64,000 bases of DNA from Candidatus Roizmanbacteria bacterium CG_4_9_14_0_2_um_filter_38_17 (lineage in GTDB: Bacteria; Patescibacteriota; Microgenomatia; GCA-00278855): the NCBI GenBank assembly GCA_002788855.1, contig PFSB01000013.1:21608-85607 (forward strand). The letters run 5' to 3'. The position numbers were made by a program, and so were the translations under genes. Of the stretch, positions 48,576 through 59,136 are shown piece after piece (the first letter of the stretch is position 1; every line of letters begins with the position of its first letter). Under the pieces are notes generated by a model. That model did no database searches, had not been told where the DNA came from, and saw only the letters and a list, made by a program, of their open reading frames with translations.

Positions 48576-51464
48576 GTGGCAGATATAGTTATCAAAGGGG
48601 CGAGACAGCATAATTTAAAGGGAATAGATCTTACTATTCCTAAAAATAAGCTGATTGTATTTACTGGAGTTTCCGGAAGTGGAAAAAGCTCCTTAGCCTT
48701 TGATACCATCTACGCTGAGGGTCAGAGACGGTATGTGGAGTCTCTTTCTTCATATGCAAGGCAGTTCCTGGGAGTAATGGATAAACCGGATGTAGACACG
48801 ATTGAAGGCTTATCTCCCTCAATATCTATTAGCCAAAAAAATGTATCACATAATCCAAGGTCTACAGTGGGAACAATTACGGAGATTTATGATTATTTAA
48901 GACTGTTATTTGCTAGAGTAGGTCACCCTCATTGCCCCAACTGTGGAAAAGAAATTCAGATGCAAGACATTGACCAGATCACTAATTCAGCTCATGAGTT
49001 GATTAAGTTGGCAACTAAAAAGGCGGGGAAAAGAGGTAGCAGGTGGATGATTTTAGCCCCTGTTGTAAGAGGTAGAAGGGGTGAATTTACCCAGTTATTT
49101 GATAACGTAAAAGCTAAAGGATTTACCTCGATTCGCATAGATGGAAGAGTATATGCGGTTGAAGATGATCTGGTTCTGATTAAAACTAATAGACATAATA
49201 TCGAAGTTGTAGTAGATAGGTTTATTGTTGGTAAAAAAGATTTGGATTTAAATAGGTTTAAAGAAGGACTAGAGCAGGCTTTAGAATTATCAAATGGATT
49301 AGTCATTATTGCAGAGATAACTGACGCTTCATTTGAGTTACCGGAGAGACCTAAGGAGTTTGAAGATCACTTATTTTCAGAGCACTTTGCTTGCGCTGAC
49401 TGCAATTTAAATATCGCAGAGATAGAGCCTAGACTTTTTAGCTTTAACACACCTCATGGAGCATGCAAAAAATGTAATGGTATTGGGAGAATCTTAAAGG
49501 TAAGGTCAGAAGTTGTTCTGAATGATAACTTAACAATTTCTGAAGGAGCAATTACTCCAATTGCTAGTCATTTTATTAATGATACTTGGCTGTCAAGACT
49601 CATTAAATCTGTATGTGAACAAAATGGCATTCCTTTTAGAGAACAAGTAAGTAGCTTGAGTGTTGCACAGAAAAAGCTATTGATCGAAGGAACTGGTAAA
49701 AAACTGTATCGGGTAATGGGTGAGAATAGATACGGTCAGACAACGTCAATCGAAGAGCAGTTCCTGGGCATAACAAATATCTTGGAAAAAAAACATGCAG
49801 AGACAGGCTCAAGCTACATGCGTGATCAGATCGAGAGATTCATGCATAGAGAAGTTTGCCCTGACTGTAATGGATCAAGACTTAAAATGGAAGCTCTATC
49901 AGTAACAATAGAGGGAATAAATATTGCGCAGTTAACAAATTTTACTATTAAAGATGCCTTTGACTGGATTAAAAGAGCTAAATTCTCTAATAAGGAACAG
50001 ATAATTTCTAAACCAATTATTAGCGAATTGACAAGTAGATTGGGTTTTCTAAATTCAGTTGGCCTGAATTATCTCACACTGGCAAGAGAAGCGGGCACAT
50101 TAGCTGGTGGGGAAACTCAAAGAATAGTTTTAGCAAGTCAGATTGGCTCTGGCTTGACCGGAGTGCTCTATGTATTAGATGAGCCATCAATTGGATTACA
50201 TCAAAGAGATAATGCCAGACTTATAAAGACATTAAAACATCTTCGTGATTTAGATAATACTGTGGTTGTAGTTGAGCATGATCAAGAAACCATGGAAAGT
50301 TCTGACTGGATAGTAGACTTTGGACCTGGTGGTGGTAAACATGGTGGAGAGGTCGTTGCGGAAGGGACATATGAGCAGATCAAGAGAAATGATAATTCTC
50401 TAACTGGTAAATATTTATCTGGAAAACTTAGAGTTGAACACAAGTCAAAAGCTATAGATAAATCTAAACAAAAATACTTAACTATTACTAATTGTAGCCA
50501 GTTTAATCTGCAAAACATAGACGTAGAGTTGCCTTTAGGAAAACTTATCTGTATTACAGGTGTATCAGGAAGCGGTAAATCTACACTTGTTGTCGAAACA
50601 CTGTATAGAGCACTTAAAAGCAAACTTAACCCCTACTATAAAGATACGCCTGGTAAGTATAAAGATATTTCTGGATATGAACAGACGAAAGCAGTTCAGC
50701 TTATAGACCAATCACCAATTGGTAGAACACCAAGATCTAACCCAGTGACATATACAAAGGCTTTTGACTATATTAGAGATGTATTTACAAATACCAAAAC
50801 AGCTAAAATTCGCGGTTATTCTAAAGGAAGATTTTCTTTTAATGTAAAGGGTGGGCGCTGTGAAGCATGTGAGGGGCAAGGTGAAAATAAAATTGAGATG
50901 CAGTTTATGCCAGATGTCTATGTAAAATGCGAAGTTTGCAAAGGAAAAAGGTATAACTCACAGACACTCGATGTTTTGTATAAAGGTAAAAATATAGCCC
51001 AGGTACTTGAGATGACAGTTGAGGAGGGTGTTAAATTTTTTAAGGGATACTCGCAAATTAGTAGAAAATTAATAACCCTTGAAGAAGTAGGCCTTGGGTA
51101 TATTGAACTTGGGCAGCCAGCGCCATTATTGTCTGGCGGAGAGGCACAAAGAGTAAAACTAGCTGCTGAACTATCGAAACATGGAGCTGGATCAACTATA
51201 TATATACTTGATGAACCTACAACGGGTTTACACTTCCATGACCTAAAAAAGTTACTTTATGTGCTTCATAAGTTAGTAGAAAAAGGAAATACGGTTATCG
51301 TAATTGAGCACAATTTAGATATCATTAAAAATGCTGACTGGGTTATTGATCTAGGCCCTGAGGGAGGAGCAGCGGGCGGAAAAATCGTAGCAAAGGGAAC
51401 ACCTTTTGATGTAGCTAAGGTTAAAAGCTCTTATACTGGTCAATATCTAGCAAAACTCAAGTAA
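48576..51464 (+). CDS. uvrA: Excinuclease ABC subunit A
   Basis: Two GVSGSGKS Walker A motifs, Zn fingers, LSGGEAQR. Confidence 0.98.
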   Translation: MADIVIKGARQHNLKGIDLTIPKNKLIVFTGVSGSGKSSLAFDTIYAEGQRRYVESLSSYARQFLGVMDKPDVDTIEGLSPSISISQKNVSHNPRSTVGTITEIYDYLRLLFARVGHPHCPNCGKEIQMQDIDQITNSAHELIKLATKKAGKRGSRWMILAPVVRGRRGEFTQLFDNVKAKGFTSIRIDGRVYAVEDDLVLIKTNRHNIEVVVDRFIVGKKDLDLNRFKEGLEQALELSNGLVIIAEITDASFELPERPKEFEDHLFSEHFACADCNLNIAEIEPRLFSFNTPHGACKKCNGIGRILKVRSEVVLNDNLTISEGAITPIASHFINDTWLSRLIKSVCEQNGIPFREQVSSLSVAQKKLLIEGTGKKLYRVMGENRYGQTTSIEEQFLGITNILEKKHAETGSSYMRDQIERFMHREVCPDCNGSRLKMEALSVTIEGINIAQLTNFTIKDAFDWIKRAKFSNKEQIISKPIISELTSRLGFLNSVGLNYLTLAREAGTLAGGETQRIVLASQIGSGLTGVLYVLDEPSIGLHQRDNARLIKTLKHLRDLDNTVVVVEHDQETMESSDWIVDFGPGGGKHGGEVVAEGTYEQIKRNDNSLTGKYLSGKLRVEHKSKAIDKSKQKYLTITNCSQFNLQNIDVELPLGKLICITGVSGSGKSTLVVETLYRALKSKLNPYYKDTPGKYKDISGYEQTKAVQLIDQSPIGRTPRSNPVTYTKAFDYIRDVFTNTKTAKIRGYSKGRFSFNVKGGRCEACEGQGENKIEMQFMPDVYVKCEVCKGKRYNSQTLDVLYKGKNIAQVLEMTVEEGVKFFKGYSQISRKLITLEEVGLGYIELGQPAPLLSGGEAQRVKLAAELSKHGAGSTIYILDEPTTGLHFHDLKKLLYVLHKLVEKGNTVIVIEHNLDIIKNADWVIDLGPEGGAAGGKIVAKGTPFDVAKVKSSYTGQYLAKLK

Positions 51465-51494
51465 GATATAAAGTTTACATGTTAAAATATTTGT

Positions 51495-52340
51495 ATGGAA
51501 GTTAAGCAAAATTCTTTAGCAATTTTTGAGAACTTTAAAATTCGTCGCCACTTCAATGAAAAAAGTGAAACATGGTATTTTTCTGTAATTGATATTATTG
51601 CAGTTTTAATAGGACAAAAAGACTTTAAGAGAGCAAAAAGTTATTGGACTACTTTAAAAAATCGCCTTAAAAATGAGGGAAATGAAGTGGTCACAAAATG
51701 TGACCGGTTGAAAATGTTAGCTAAAGACGGAAAGCTGCGCGAAACAGACGTGGCAAATGTAGAGACCATTCTTCGCTTAATACAGTCTGTTCCTAGCACC
51801 AAGGCTGAACCCATTAAACTGTGGCTTGCGAAAGTGGGTTACCAAAGAATGCAAGAAATGACTGATCCAGAGAGAGCCTTGAACAGATCCCGTGAATATT
51901 GGCAAAAACAGGGTAGAAGTCAAAAGTGGATTCAGCAAAGAATGATGGGACAGGAAACGCGAAACAAATTAACTGATTATTGGAGTGAACACGGAGTAAA
52001 TCGGGGTAATGAGTTTGCAATATTAACAAATATTATTCATATAGAATGGAGTGAATTATCAGTGAAGCAGCACAAAAAATTAAAGAGGCTAAAGACACAT
52101 AACTTACGCGATCATATGAGTGAAGAGGAATTAATTTTTACCGCACTAGCAGAGCTTTCTACAAGAAGAATTGCTGAAACTGATGAAACCGATGGGCTTG
52201 AGGAAAATAAAATCCCAGCTAAAAAGGGAGGTAGAATTGCAAAAAATGCGCGACTTGCCCTGGAACAGAAGACTGGTAGGAGTGTGACCACGGGGGAAAA
52301 TTTTTTGCCTCCAAGTAAGTCAAAGAAAAGACTCAAATAA
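51495..52340 (+). CDS. BRO-N/antirepressor-like DNA-binding protein
   Basis: WYFSVIDII, YWTTLKNRL, DGKLRETD, LRLIQSVPSTKAEPIKLWLA, NLRDHM. Confidence 0.8.
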   Translation: MEVKQNSLAIFENFKIRRHFNEKSETWYFSVIDIIAVLIGQKDFKRAKSYWTTLKNRLKNEGNEVVTKCDRLKMLAKDGKLRETDVANVETILRLIQSVPSTKAEPIKLWLAKVGYQRMQEMTDPERALNRSREYWQKQGRSQKWIQQRMMGQETRNKLTDYWSEHGVNRGNEFAILTNIIHIEWSELSVKQHKKLKRLKTHNLRDHMSEEELIFTALAELSTRRIAETDETDGLEENKIPAKKGGRIAKNARLALEQKTGRSVTTGENFLPPSKSKKRLK

Positions 52341-52391
52341 TTTTTTTGTACTCAATTCTAGATAGGACCTGTAGACTGATATAATCTTCTA

Positions 52392-54209
52392 ATGAAATTG
52401 TTCGTAAAACTGGTTTTGGTGATCATTATTTTGGTAGTTTCAATGGATAAAGCTTATGCAGAAAATAAATTTAGTAGTACTATAAAAACAGACTACTATC
52501 TTCAAGAGGATGGTACTGTAAAAGTTGATCAGAGAGTAATACTAAAAAATTTAACCCCAGATAGTTTTCCTACACAGTATGGAATGATCGTCTATACGGA
52601 TGATTTAGAATCGGTGGTTGCCAGAGACGGACAAGGCGACATCTTGAAGGATTACCAAAAAGTTGCTGAACAAACTCAGATTAGCCTAAAATTTAATGAA
52701 GAGGTTGTTGGTATGGGTTCTGAGCTTAATTTTAGAGTTTCTTATAGTACTAACTCTCTAGTTACAGGCCAAGGAAGAATTAAAGAAGTAAACATTCCTG
52801 CCTCTCCTAATTCAGATTCAATAGAAGCGTACACGGCAGTATTACACATACCCGGTAGTTATAGCAAAATAAGAAATTACAAACCCCAGCCTAAACAGCT
52901 TGATGAAGAGACAGCTATATGGACCCAAAAAGAGCTGAATAAAACTGGAGCAGTAGTATTTATTGGTGAATCTCAGTATTATGAGGTAAAGCTTGAATAT
53001 GACATAAAAAATGAAGGTCTAACTAGCATCATTCAAGAAATAACAATTCCTCCAGATACGGCATATCAGAGAGTTATCCTTGAGGATATCATGCCTATTC
53101 CAATGAATATTGAAGAAGATAGTGAGGGTAACTGGATAGCAAAATACGACCTTAATCCAAAGCAGGATGTACATATTATACTTAGACTTGCAGTTGAAAC
53201 TTTTTTTCAACCCAGATCAGAATTTAGATATAAAATGCTGGAAAAAAAATCATATTTAACTGCCCATAAATATTGGGAAGTAAATGATAAAGAATTAAAT
53301 AAAAAAGGAAATGAGCTAGCTACACCGGAAAACATCTATTTTTTTGTAAAAGATCATCTGACATATAACTATCATAAAATAGATAAAGAGGAAGATCGCT
53401 CTGGAGCTGTGGTAGCTTACGCCGATAGTAACAATGCTGTTTCCACAGAATTTACAGATTTATTTATTACATTAGCTAGAGCCGCAGGTATCCCGGCAAG
53501 AGAGGTTAATGGCTATGCATACGCAACTAACCCAGATACCCAGCCACAGTCCCTTATTCTTGACCAATTACATACGTGGCCAGAATACTACAATAGTGAT
53601 CAGCAAATATGGGTGCCTATTGATCCAACTTGGGCAGACACCACAATTGGAGTTGACTATTTTACATCCTTAGATTTTAATCACATAGCTTTTGTTCAAA
53701 GAGGTCTATCTTCTACACAGCCACTGCCGGCAGGAATGTTTAGAAATGGAGATGAAACTAAATATATAAAAGTAGAGTTAATTGATGAATTACCAGATAC
53801 TGAAATTAAAAAAATTAAATTAGAACTAGATATGCCCGAGCAAGCAGCGCTAGGAAGACTTGTTGAGGGTGACTTAATAATTACAAATCCTAATAATTTT
53901 GCTTTGTTGAATGTCCTAGTTATCCTTGAGTCACATCCAATAAAAATTAGTAAGCAGTTGCAGGAAATCACAATATTACCTCCTCTATCTAAGACTATAG
54001 TTCCATTTGAACTTACACCTTCTTATAGTCTAGATGCCGTAGATAATACAGTGAAAGCAAGCTACATGGGTCAGCATATTGAGCAAACAATCACAATAAC
54101 CAACTTAAATGAACTAATAAAGCCATATTTAGTAGTAATAGGGATAGGATCTATGCTCTTATTATTAGTTATATATATTATTCGCAAGAAAACATGGAAG
54201 AAAAACTAA
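52392..54209 (+). CDS. Exported membrane-anchored transglutaminase-like protein
   Basis: Signal peptide; EFTDLFITLARAAGIPAREVNG, HTWPEYY, IDPTW; C-terminal TM helix. Confidence 0.85.
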   Translation: MKLFVKLVLVIIILVVSMDKAYAENKFSSTIKTDYYLQEDGTVKVDQRVILKNLTPDSFPTQYGMIVYTDDLESVVARDGQGDILKDYQKVAEQTQISLKFNEEVVGMGSELNFRVSYSTNSLVTGQGRIKEVNIPASPNSDSIEAYTAVLHIPGSYSKIRNYKPQPKQLDEETAIWTQKELNKTGAVVFIGESQYYEVKLEYDIKNEGLTSIIQEITIPPDTAYQRVILEDIMPIPMNIEEDSEGNWIAKYDLNPKQDVHIILRLAVETFFQPRSEFRYKMLEKKSYLTAHKYWEVNDKELNKKGNELATPENIYFFVKDHLTYNYHKIDKEEDRSGAVVAYADSNNAVSTEFTDLFITLARAAGIPAREVNGYAYATNPDTQPQSLILDQLHTWPEYYNSDQQIWVPIDPTWADTTIGVDYFTSLDFNHIAFVQRGLSSTQPLPAGMFRNGDETKYIKVELIDELPDTEIKKIKLELDMPEQAALGRLVEGDLIITNPNNFALLNVLVILESHPIKISKQLQEITILPPLSKTIVPFELTPSYSLDAVDNTVKASYMGQHIEQTITITNLNELIKPYLVVIGIGSMLLLLVIYIIRKKTWKKN

Positions 54210-55495
54210 AAGAACTTCCCCAGAGCCCTGGTGTATATCTATTTCGTAATAAAAAAAAGCAGGTAATTTATGTTGGTAAAAGTGTTCACTTGAGAAGTAG
54301 AGTAAGGTCATACTTTCAGAAGAATACACTAGATATAAAAATACTAAGAATGGTTAAGCATATTAGTAGTGTTGATCATGTTGTAACTAATACAGAACTT
54401 GAAGCATTAATATTGGAGGCCTATCTTATAAAATCATACAAACCATTCTTCAATAGTATGTTAAAAGATGACAAGCGTTACTTATATATAAAAATTACAA
54501 CAAATGAAGAGTACCCACGAATTCTCACTTCAAGAAAAGAGGATGACCCAGCATGCGTGTATTTTGGTCCATATCCTTCTTCAAGAGCAGTTGTAGATGT
54601 CTTAAAGATTATCAGAAAAGTATTTCCTTATTGTACACAGGGAGGCTCAGGGAAGAGGCGCTGCTTCTATGCACACTTATTATTATGTAACCCCTGTCCG
54701 GCAGACATTCAAAAACTTACAAGGGAAGAAAAAGATAAACAAAAAAGAAAATATCGAAGGAATATTAAAAATATTATAGATATTTTAAGTGGAAAAGGTA
54801 AAAAAGTAAAAAAAAGATTAGAAATATTAATGAAGTACTATGCTGTAAAAGAAGAATATGAGCAAGCTGGTGAAGCAAAGAGACAGTTGTTCCAGCTTAA
54901 CTATATTAGTAAATACCAAAGTCAAGGAATTAGGAAGTACCTAGACTCAGTGGATCAAGATGATAATAAGCTATCTGCAGGGGAAGATCTAATTCAAATT
55001 CTTAAACCATTTTACCCTTTAACTGAGATATCTAGAATCGAGGGATATGACATCTCAAATACACAAGGTAAAAATCCAACAGGTTCGATGGTAGTATTTG
55101 AAAATAGTGAACCAAGTAAAAAAAACTACAGAAGATTTAAAATAACTGGAGGGAATACTCCAGATGATCCTAAAATGATGAGTGAAATGCTTGAGAGAAG
55201 ATTGAGACATGTTGAATGGACTTATCCTGATGTATTGATGGTTGACGGAGGTAAGCCACAGGTTGGCGCAGCCTTTACACTGCTCAATAAGCTAAACATT
55301 AAGATACCAGTTGTAGGATTAGCAAAAAGATTTGAAAAGTTGGTTATTATGGATAAGGGAAAATTGAAAGAACTTGAAATACCTCTAACATCTTCGGCTC
55401 TACAACTATTACAACGTTTGAGAGATGAGGCACATAGATTTGCAAATACTTACCATAAGAAACTGCGAGCAAAATCCTATATAATAGAAAAGTGA
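54194..55495 (+). CDS. uvrC: Excinuclease ABC subunit C (short, no C-terminal HhH)
   Basis: PGVYLF..IYVGK, Cys cluster, RIEGYDIS, VDGGKPQ, RDEAHRFA. Confidence 0.93.
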   Translation: MEEKLKELPQSPGVYLFRNKKKQVIYVGKSVHLRSRVRSYFQKNTLDIKILRMVKHISSVDHVVTNTELEALILEAYLIKSYKPFFNSMLKDDKRYLYIKITTNEEYPRILTSRKEDDPACVYFGPYPSSRAVVDVLKIIRKVFPYCTQGGSGKRRCFYAHLLLCNPCPADIQKLTREEKDKQKRKYRRNIKNIIDILSGKGKKVKKRLEILMKYYAVKEEYEQAGEAKRQLFQLNYISKYQSQGIRKYLDSVDQDDNKLSAGEDLIQILKPFYPLTEISRIEGYDISNTQGKNPTGSMVVFENSEPSKKNYRRFKITGGNTPDDPKMMSEMLERRLRHVEWTYPDVLMVDGGKPQVGAAFTLLNKLNIKIPVVGLAKRFEKLVIMDKGKLKELEIPLTSSALQLLQRLRDEAHRFANTYHKKLRAKSYIIEK

Positions 55496-55893
55496 AGAGA
55501 TTGCTGCGAAATATTTTGGTGCATACAGTAATTCTGTACTATCTTGTGCAGGCTATTCCAGGAGTAGATCTAGATAATACTTTGCAGGCGGTTGTAGGAG
55601 GGGGAGCGATTTTAGCATTACTATTTACTTTTATTCGCCCAGTGTTAAAGATACTCTTTTTACCTATTAATCTTATAACTCTTGGCTTATTTTCAGGCCT
55701 TGTAAATGTATTAATCTTATATCTCTTCGATAGATACTATAGTGCTTTTAGTGTTAGTTCGTGGGATTTTGCTGGATATAGCTTTGATGGATTTGTTATC
55801 CCAGCAATTGATCTTAATGTTTTTTGGACTTATGTGCTAATTTCTCTTATAATCACATTTGTCAGTTCTTTTCTGAACTGGTTATGTAGTTAG
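55492..55893 (+). CDS. 4-TM holin-like membrane protein (YvlD-like)
   Basis: FIRPVLKILFLPINLITLGLF..VN motif. Confidence 0.8.
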   Translation: MKRLLRNILVHTVILYYLVQAIPGVDLDNTLQAVVGGGAILALLFTFIRPVLKILFLPINLITLGLFSGLVNVLILYLFDRYYSAFSVSSWDFAGYSFDGFVIPAIDLNVFWTYVLISLIITFVSSFLNWLCS

Positions 55894-55898
55894 ATATT

Positions 55899-56105
55899 AT
55901 GGCGATTGTACAATTGATTATTGCATTAATTCTGGCAGGATTGATCCTGTTGCAAGGTGGAGGAGCTGGACTTGGATCAAGCTGGGGAGGAAGTGGCGAT
56001 TCTTCGTTCAGGTCGCGGCGTGGCATGGAGAAGTTTCTGCTATATCTCACAGCTGGCTTAGCATTTGCCTTTTTTATATCTTCGCTAATAAGCTTATTGC
56101 TGTAG
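55899..56105 (+). CDS. secG: Preprotein translocase SecG
   Basis: ILLQGGGAGLGSSWGG..RSRRGMEKFL, two TM helices. Confidence 0.9.
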   Translation: MAIVQLIIALILAGLILLQGGGAGLGSSWGGSGDSSFRSRRGMEKFLLYLTAGLAFAFFISSLISLLL

Positions 56106-56106
56106 T

Positions 56107-57450
56107 ATGTGGAGAAGATTGAGATATATCTCTTGGTTTATGTCTGCTTTTTTTGCTAAACACAAAAATGCTCTTTTTTTAGGCGGTTTGGCATCTTTTC
56201 TAGTATTCCTCTTTGCTTGGAGATATAGTCAGGCAGCTTTGCAGATAATATTTAGGCAAAAACAGGTTATTGGAATTGTAGGACAATATACTCCCGCAAC
56301 ACTACCTAGATCAGTTCAAGAAAAAATTTCAGTGGGTTTAACTCAGGTATCTGTTGCTGGTGATGTCATACCAGCTGCAGCGGAATCTTGGGAAATTAGA
56401 GATGGTGGCAAAACGTATATCTTTAAGATGAAAAAAAACATTCTTTGGCACAATGGCGAGGAGTTTAAAGCAACAGATGTTAATTATGGATTTAGAGATG
56501 CAGATATTTCTTCCATTAATGCAGAGATATTAAGAATAACGCTCAATGAACCCTTTTCTCCTTTACCTTCTTTATTGTCAAAACCTCTATTTAGAGATGG
56601 CCTACAGGGACTTGGCCCGCATAGAGTAAGTAGAATTAAGTTTGAGGGGCAGTACATCTCTGAAATTAGATTAGAACCTCTAGATATTGATCTCGATCAT
56701 CCAGAGATAATTAAATTCTATCCCACACTTTCCCAAGCAGTTACAGCATTTAAGCTGGGTCAAATTGATACATTTGAGACCCTAGAGGGTTCAAATGAAT
56801 TATTAGACTGGGAAGACTACATTACTGTATCTAAAGAGCCTAATTATGGCCAATTTGTTGCCATTCTTTTTAATACAGATCACGCACCCTTCAATGAAAA
56901 GCAGTTTAGGCAGGCATTAGCCTATTCTATATCTGATAAGCTAACAGGTGGTCAGATTAAGAGCCCTATTCCGGACAAGTATTGGGCATATAACACTGCG
57001 CTTAAGAAGATAAGCTTTAATGAAGATAAAGCGTTAGAGCTGTTTGGTGAGAGAGCATCAGCTTCAGAGTCAGCTGTTACCTCATTTACTATTTATACTT
57101 TTACAGATCTACTGGATACAGCCCATCAATTAAGCGAGGACTGGAAGCTTTTGGGTCTGGAGTCTAATATTAAGTTAGTAAATACAGTTCCAGAGGATTT
57201 TGATGTTTTCTTAACTATCATAGAGATACCTGTTGACCCAGATCAATATTCACTCTGGCATTCTATTTCAAATGACACAAATTTAACAAGATATGAAAAC
57301 CCCAAAATAGATAAGCTTTTAGAAGATGGTAGGAAAACAGTAAATTTACCTGAAAGGAAAGAGATATATGATGAGCTACAGAAATACCTGATGGATGAAC
57401 TCCCAGCCATCTTCCTCTTCCACCCCACCAAATATACTTTTGAGAGATAA
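56107..57450 (+). CDS. Family 5 ABC substrate-binding protein
   Basis: GKTYIFKM..WHNGE, GLGP, RQALAY, DPDQYSLWHS, YENPKIDKLLEDGR. Confidence 0.88.
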   Translation: MWRRLRYISWFMSAFFAKHKNALFLGGLASFLVFLFAWRYSQAALQIIFRQKQVIGIVGQYTPATLPRSVQEKISVGLTQVSVAGDVIPAAAESWEIRDGGKTYIFKMKKNILWHNGEEFKATDVNYGFRDADISSINAEILRITLNEPFSPLPSLLSKPLFRDGLQGLGPHRVSRIKFEGQYISEIRLEPLDIDLDHPEIIKFYPTLSQAVTAFKLGQIDTFETLEGSNELLDWEDYITVSKEPNYGQFVAILFNTDHAPFNEKQFRQALAYSISDKLTGGQIKSPIPDKYWAYNTALKKISFNEDKALELFGERASASESAVTSFTIYTFTDLLDTAHQLSEDWKLLGLESNIKLVNTVPEDFDVFLTIIEIPVDPDQYSLWHSISNDTNLTRYENPKIDKLLEDGRKTVNLPERKEIYDELQKYLMDELPAIFLFHPTKYTFER

Positions 57451-57519
57451 ATACAACACCCACTCCAGGATAAATACAACACCCACTCCAGGAGTGGGTT
57501 GAGTTGACACCTAAGGATT
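57446..57519. repeat. Palindrome family B, copy 3, with 23-bp tandem duplication
   Basis: GATAAATACAACACCCACTCCAG twice, then GAGTGGGTTGAGTTGACACCTAAGGATT. Confidence 0.9.
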
Positions 57520-57631
57520 TTTATTGTGCACCATCTGGGACGATGTTCGAACCTATTTGACCTCAACGATTGATCCGAAAGAGAAGTCTGCACTCATTGT
57601 TGCTATTTCTAGATTTAAAACAGATGGATGA

Positions 57632-57820
57632 CTATTTGTTGTTATTATATGCAACAACAATGAAGAAAGCGCCGGAAAAAAGCATTACAATTCCACTAAA
57701 CCATGCGTTGCTATCAGATCCACTTAACCACATATACATGCCAAATACGCCTGCTATTAACAAAAAGATGCCGAAAACCATTAATAATTTGCCAGTGTCC
57801 TTTTTTGAAAGTTGTTTCAT
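57632..57820 (-). CDS. Small 2-TM membrane protein
   Basis: Two hydrophobic helices; TGT-TAAACT -10-like box 9 nt before ATG. Confidence 0.65.
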   Translation of the reverse strand: MKQLSKKDTGKLLMVFGIFLLIAGVFGMYMWLSGSDSNAWFSGIVMLFSGAFFIVVAYNNNK

Positions 57821-57878
57821 ATTATCGCGTCAGTTTAACAAAATTTTTGATTTTTGTCAAGTGGGATTTCAAAAATTT

Positions 57879-57964
57879 TGGTGCCGCGGAGAGGAGTTGA
57901 ACCTCCACACCCTTTCGGGCACTACCACCTCAAGGTAGCGCGTCTACCATTTCGCCACCGCGGC
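57879..57964 (-). tRNA. tRNA-Leu(GAG)
   Basis: GCCGCGG/CCGCGGC acceptor, loop TTGAGGT, long variable arm, encoded CCA. Confidence 0.95.
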
Positions 57965-57977
57965 ATATTATGTTATG

Positions 57978-58050
57978 TGGCAGGACTCAGAGTCGAACTG
58001 AGATCTCATGTTTTTCAGACACGCGCCTTGACCACCTTGGCTACCCTGCC
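57978..58050 (-). tRNA. tRNA-Phe(GAA)
   Basis: GGCAGGG/TCCTGCC, loop CTGAAAA, TTCGACT. Confidence 0.94.
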
Positions 58051-58054
58051 GTTG

Positions 58055-58127
58055 TGACCGCTAAAGGGCTCGAACCTTTGACCTTCTCGATGTAAGCGAG
58101 ACGCTCTGCCAACTGAGCTAAGCGGTC
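58055..58127 (-). tRNA. tRNA-Val(TAC)
   Basis: GACCGCT/AGCGGTC, loop CTTACAT, TTCGAGC. Confidence 0.94.
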
Positions 58128-58151
58128 TTGTGTGAAATTATACCATCAAGA

Positions 58152-58532
58152 TTAATCTTTTAACTTAGATTTGTCTGTTGTAGCTTGGAGAATAATAGCA
58201 AGAAAAAGCGTTCCCCATCCAGTAATAAAAAATAGGAAAGGTAATATTTTATATAGCGCACGTTTTAGCCAAACCATAGCACCGCCCTGGGTAAGCGCCA
58301 TTGAGTTAATAGTTTGCTCTTCAAGAGCACTAACAATATGCTTGTCGTATTCAAAAGCTATAAAAAGAATGATAAATGAAATGAGAAAGAGAACCGTATT
58401 GCGATTGGGTTTACCAAGTAGTAGAACTAGAGATATGATTATTCCTAAACCAAATGCAAAAGCATATTGGTTGTGCAGAAATGTGGCGAGCAAAGTACTT
58501 GCCGCTTGTTGTTTTAAAGTTACAGCTTCCAT
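58152..58532 (-). CDS. Hypothetical 3-TM membrane protein
   Basis: Hydrophobic helices; start overlaps the upstream stop. Confidence 0.7.
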   Translation of the reverse strand: MEAVTLKQQAASTLLATFLHNQYAFAFGLGIIISLVLLLGKPNRNTVLFLISFIILFIAFEYDKHIVSALEEQTINSMALTQGGAMVWLKRALYKILPFLFFITGWGTLFLAIILQATTDKSKLKD

Positions 58533-59056
58533 TATATACTAGGTTGGAAATTAGTTAGTTCAACCTGATCACCTGTTATTATATTATGCTTTTTTACATA
58601 ACCCGCATTTACCTCTAAAACTCCGGTGACTGGCTTAGTGGGGGAGTAAATTGGTAATTGATTAATATCTACATTTTGCTCTGGTGGAGGTATGTTAGCT
58701 ATGGTCTCAATTACCTTTCCATTGCTTATCCAAATAATATCTATAGGAAATAACATGTCTTTCATCCAAAACTTATAAATTGCTGGATTAGAATATACAA
58801 ATAACATTCCGTGATTTTGGGGTAATGTGGAGCGACCAGATAAGCCCTGCTTCTGATCCTCTAGAGTTTGCATAATCTCAACCTCTAGCTGCTCGTCACC
58901 AATTTTAATGGTCTGCGTTGCTTGCTTTGTTGGTACAGGTGTTGCGTTGGGACCCATGGGTGAGTTATTAAAAATGATAGAGGTAAAGAAAGTTATAGCA
59001 AGAAATACTAAACCTGCAAGAAGTATAACAATACGGGTGATTAGCTTATTGCTCAT
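58532..59056 (-). CDS. DUF192-domain protein
   Basis: QGLSGR, GMLFVY, FWMKDMLFPIDIIWI, VLEVNAG. Confidence 0.9.
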   Translation of the reverse strand: MSNKLITRIVILLAGLVFLAITFFTSIIFNNSPMGPNATPVPTKQATQTIKIGDEQLEVEIMQTLEDQKQGLSGRSTLPQNHGMLFVYSNPAIYKFWMKDMLFPIDIIWISNGKVIETIANIPPPEQNVDINQLPIYSPTKPVTGVLEVNAGYVKKHNIITGDQVELTNFQPSI

Positions 59057-59136
59057 TTCTGTTATCTTACCAGAATTTAGTAGCTAATTGTAAAATAGCT
59101 GGTACAATATATATAGAAAATGGAGGTGAATAATTA

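Noticed and set aside
54194-55495. Short UvrC as a pseudogene
   Set aside because: Both nuclease domains are intact, the stop overlaps the next start, and no HhH remnant follows.
34313-55893. Prophage suggested by metallopeptidase, BRO-like and holin-like genes
   Set aside because: They are scattered among housekeeping genes with no structural, terminase or integrase genes.
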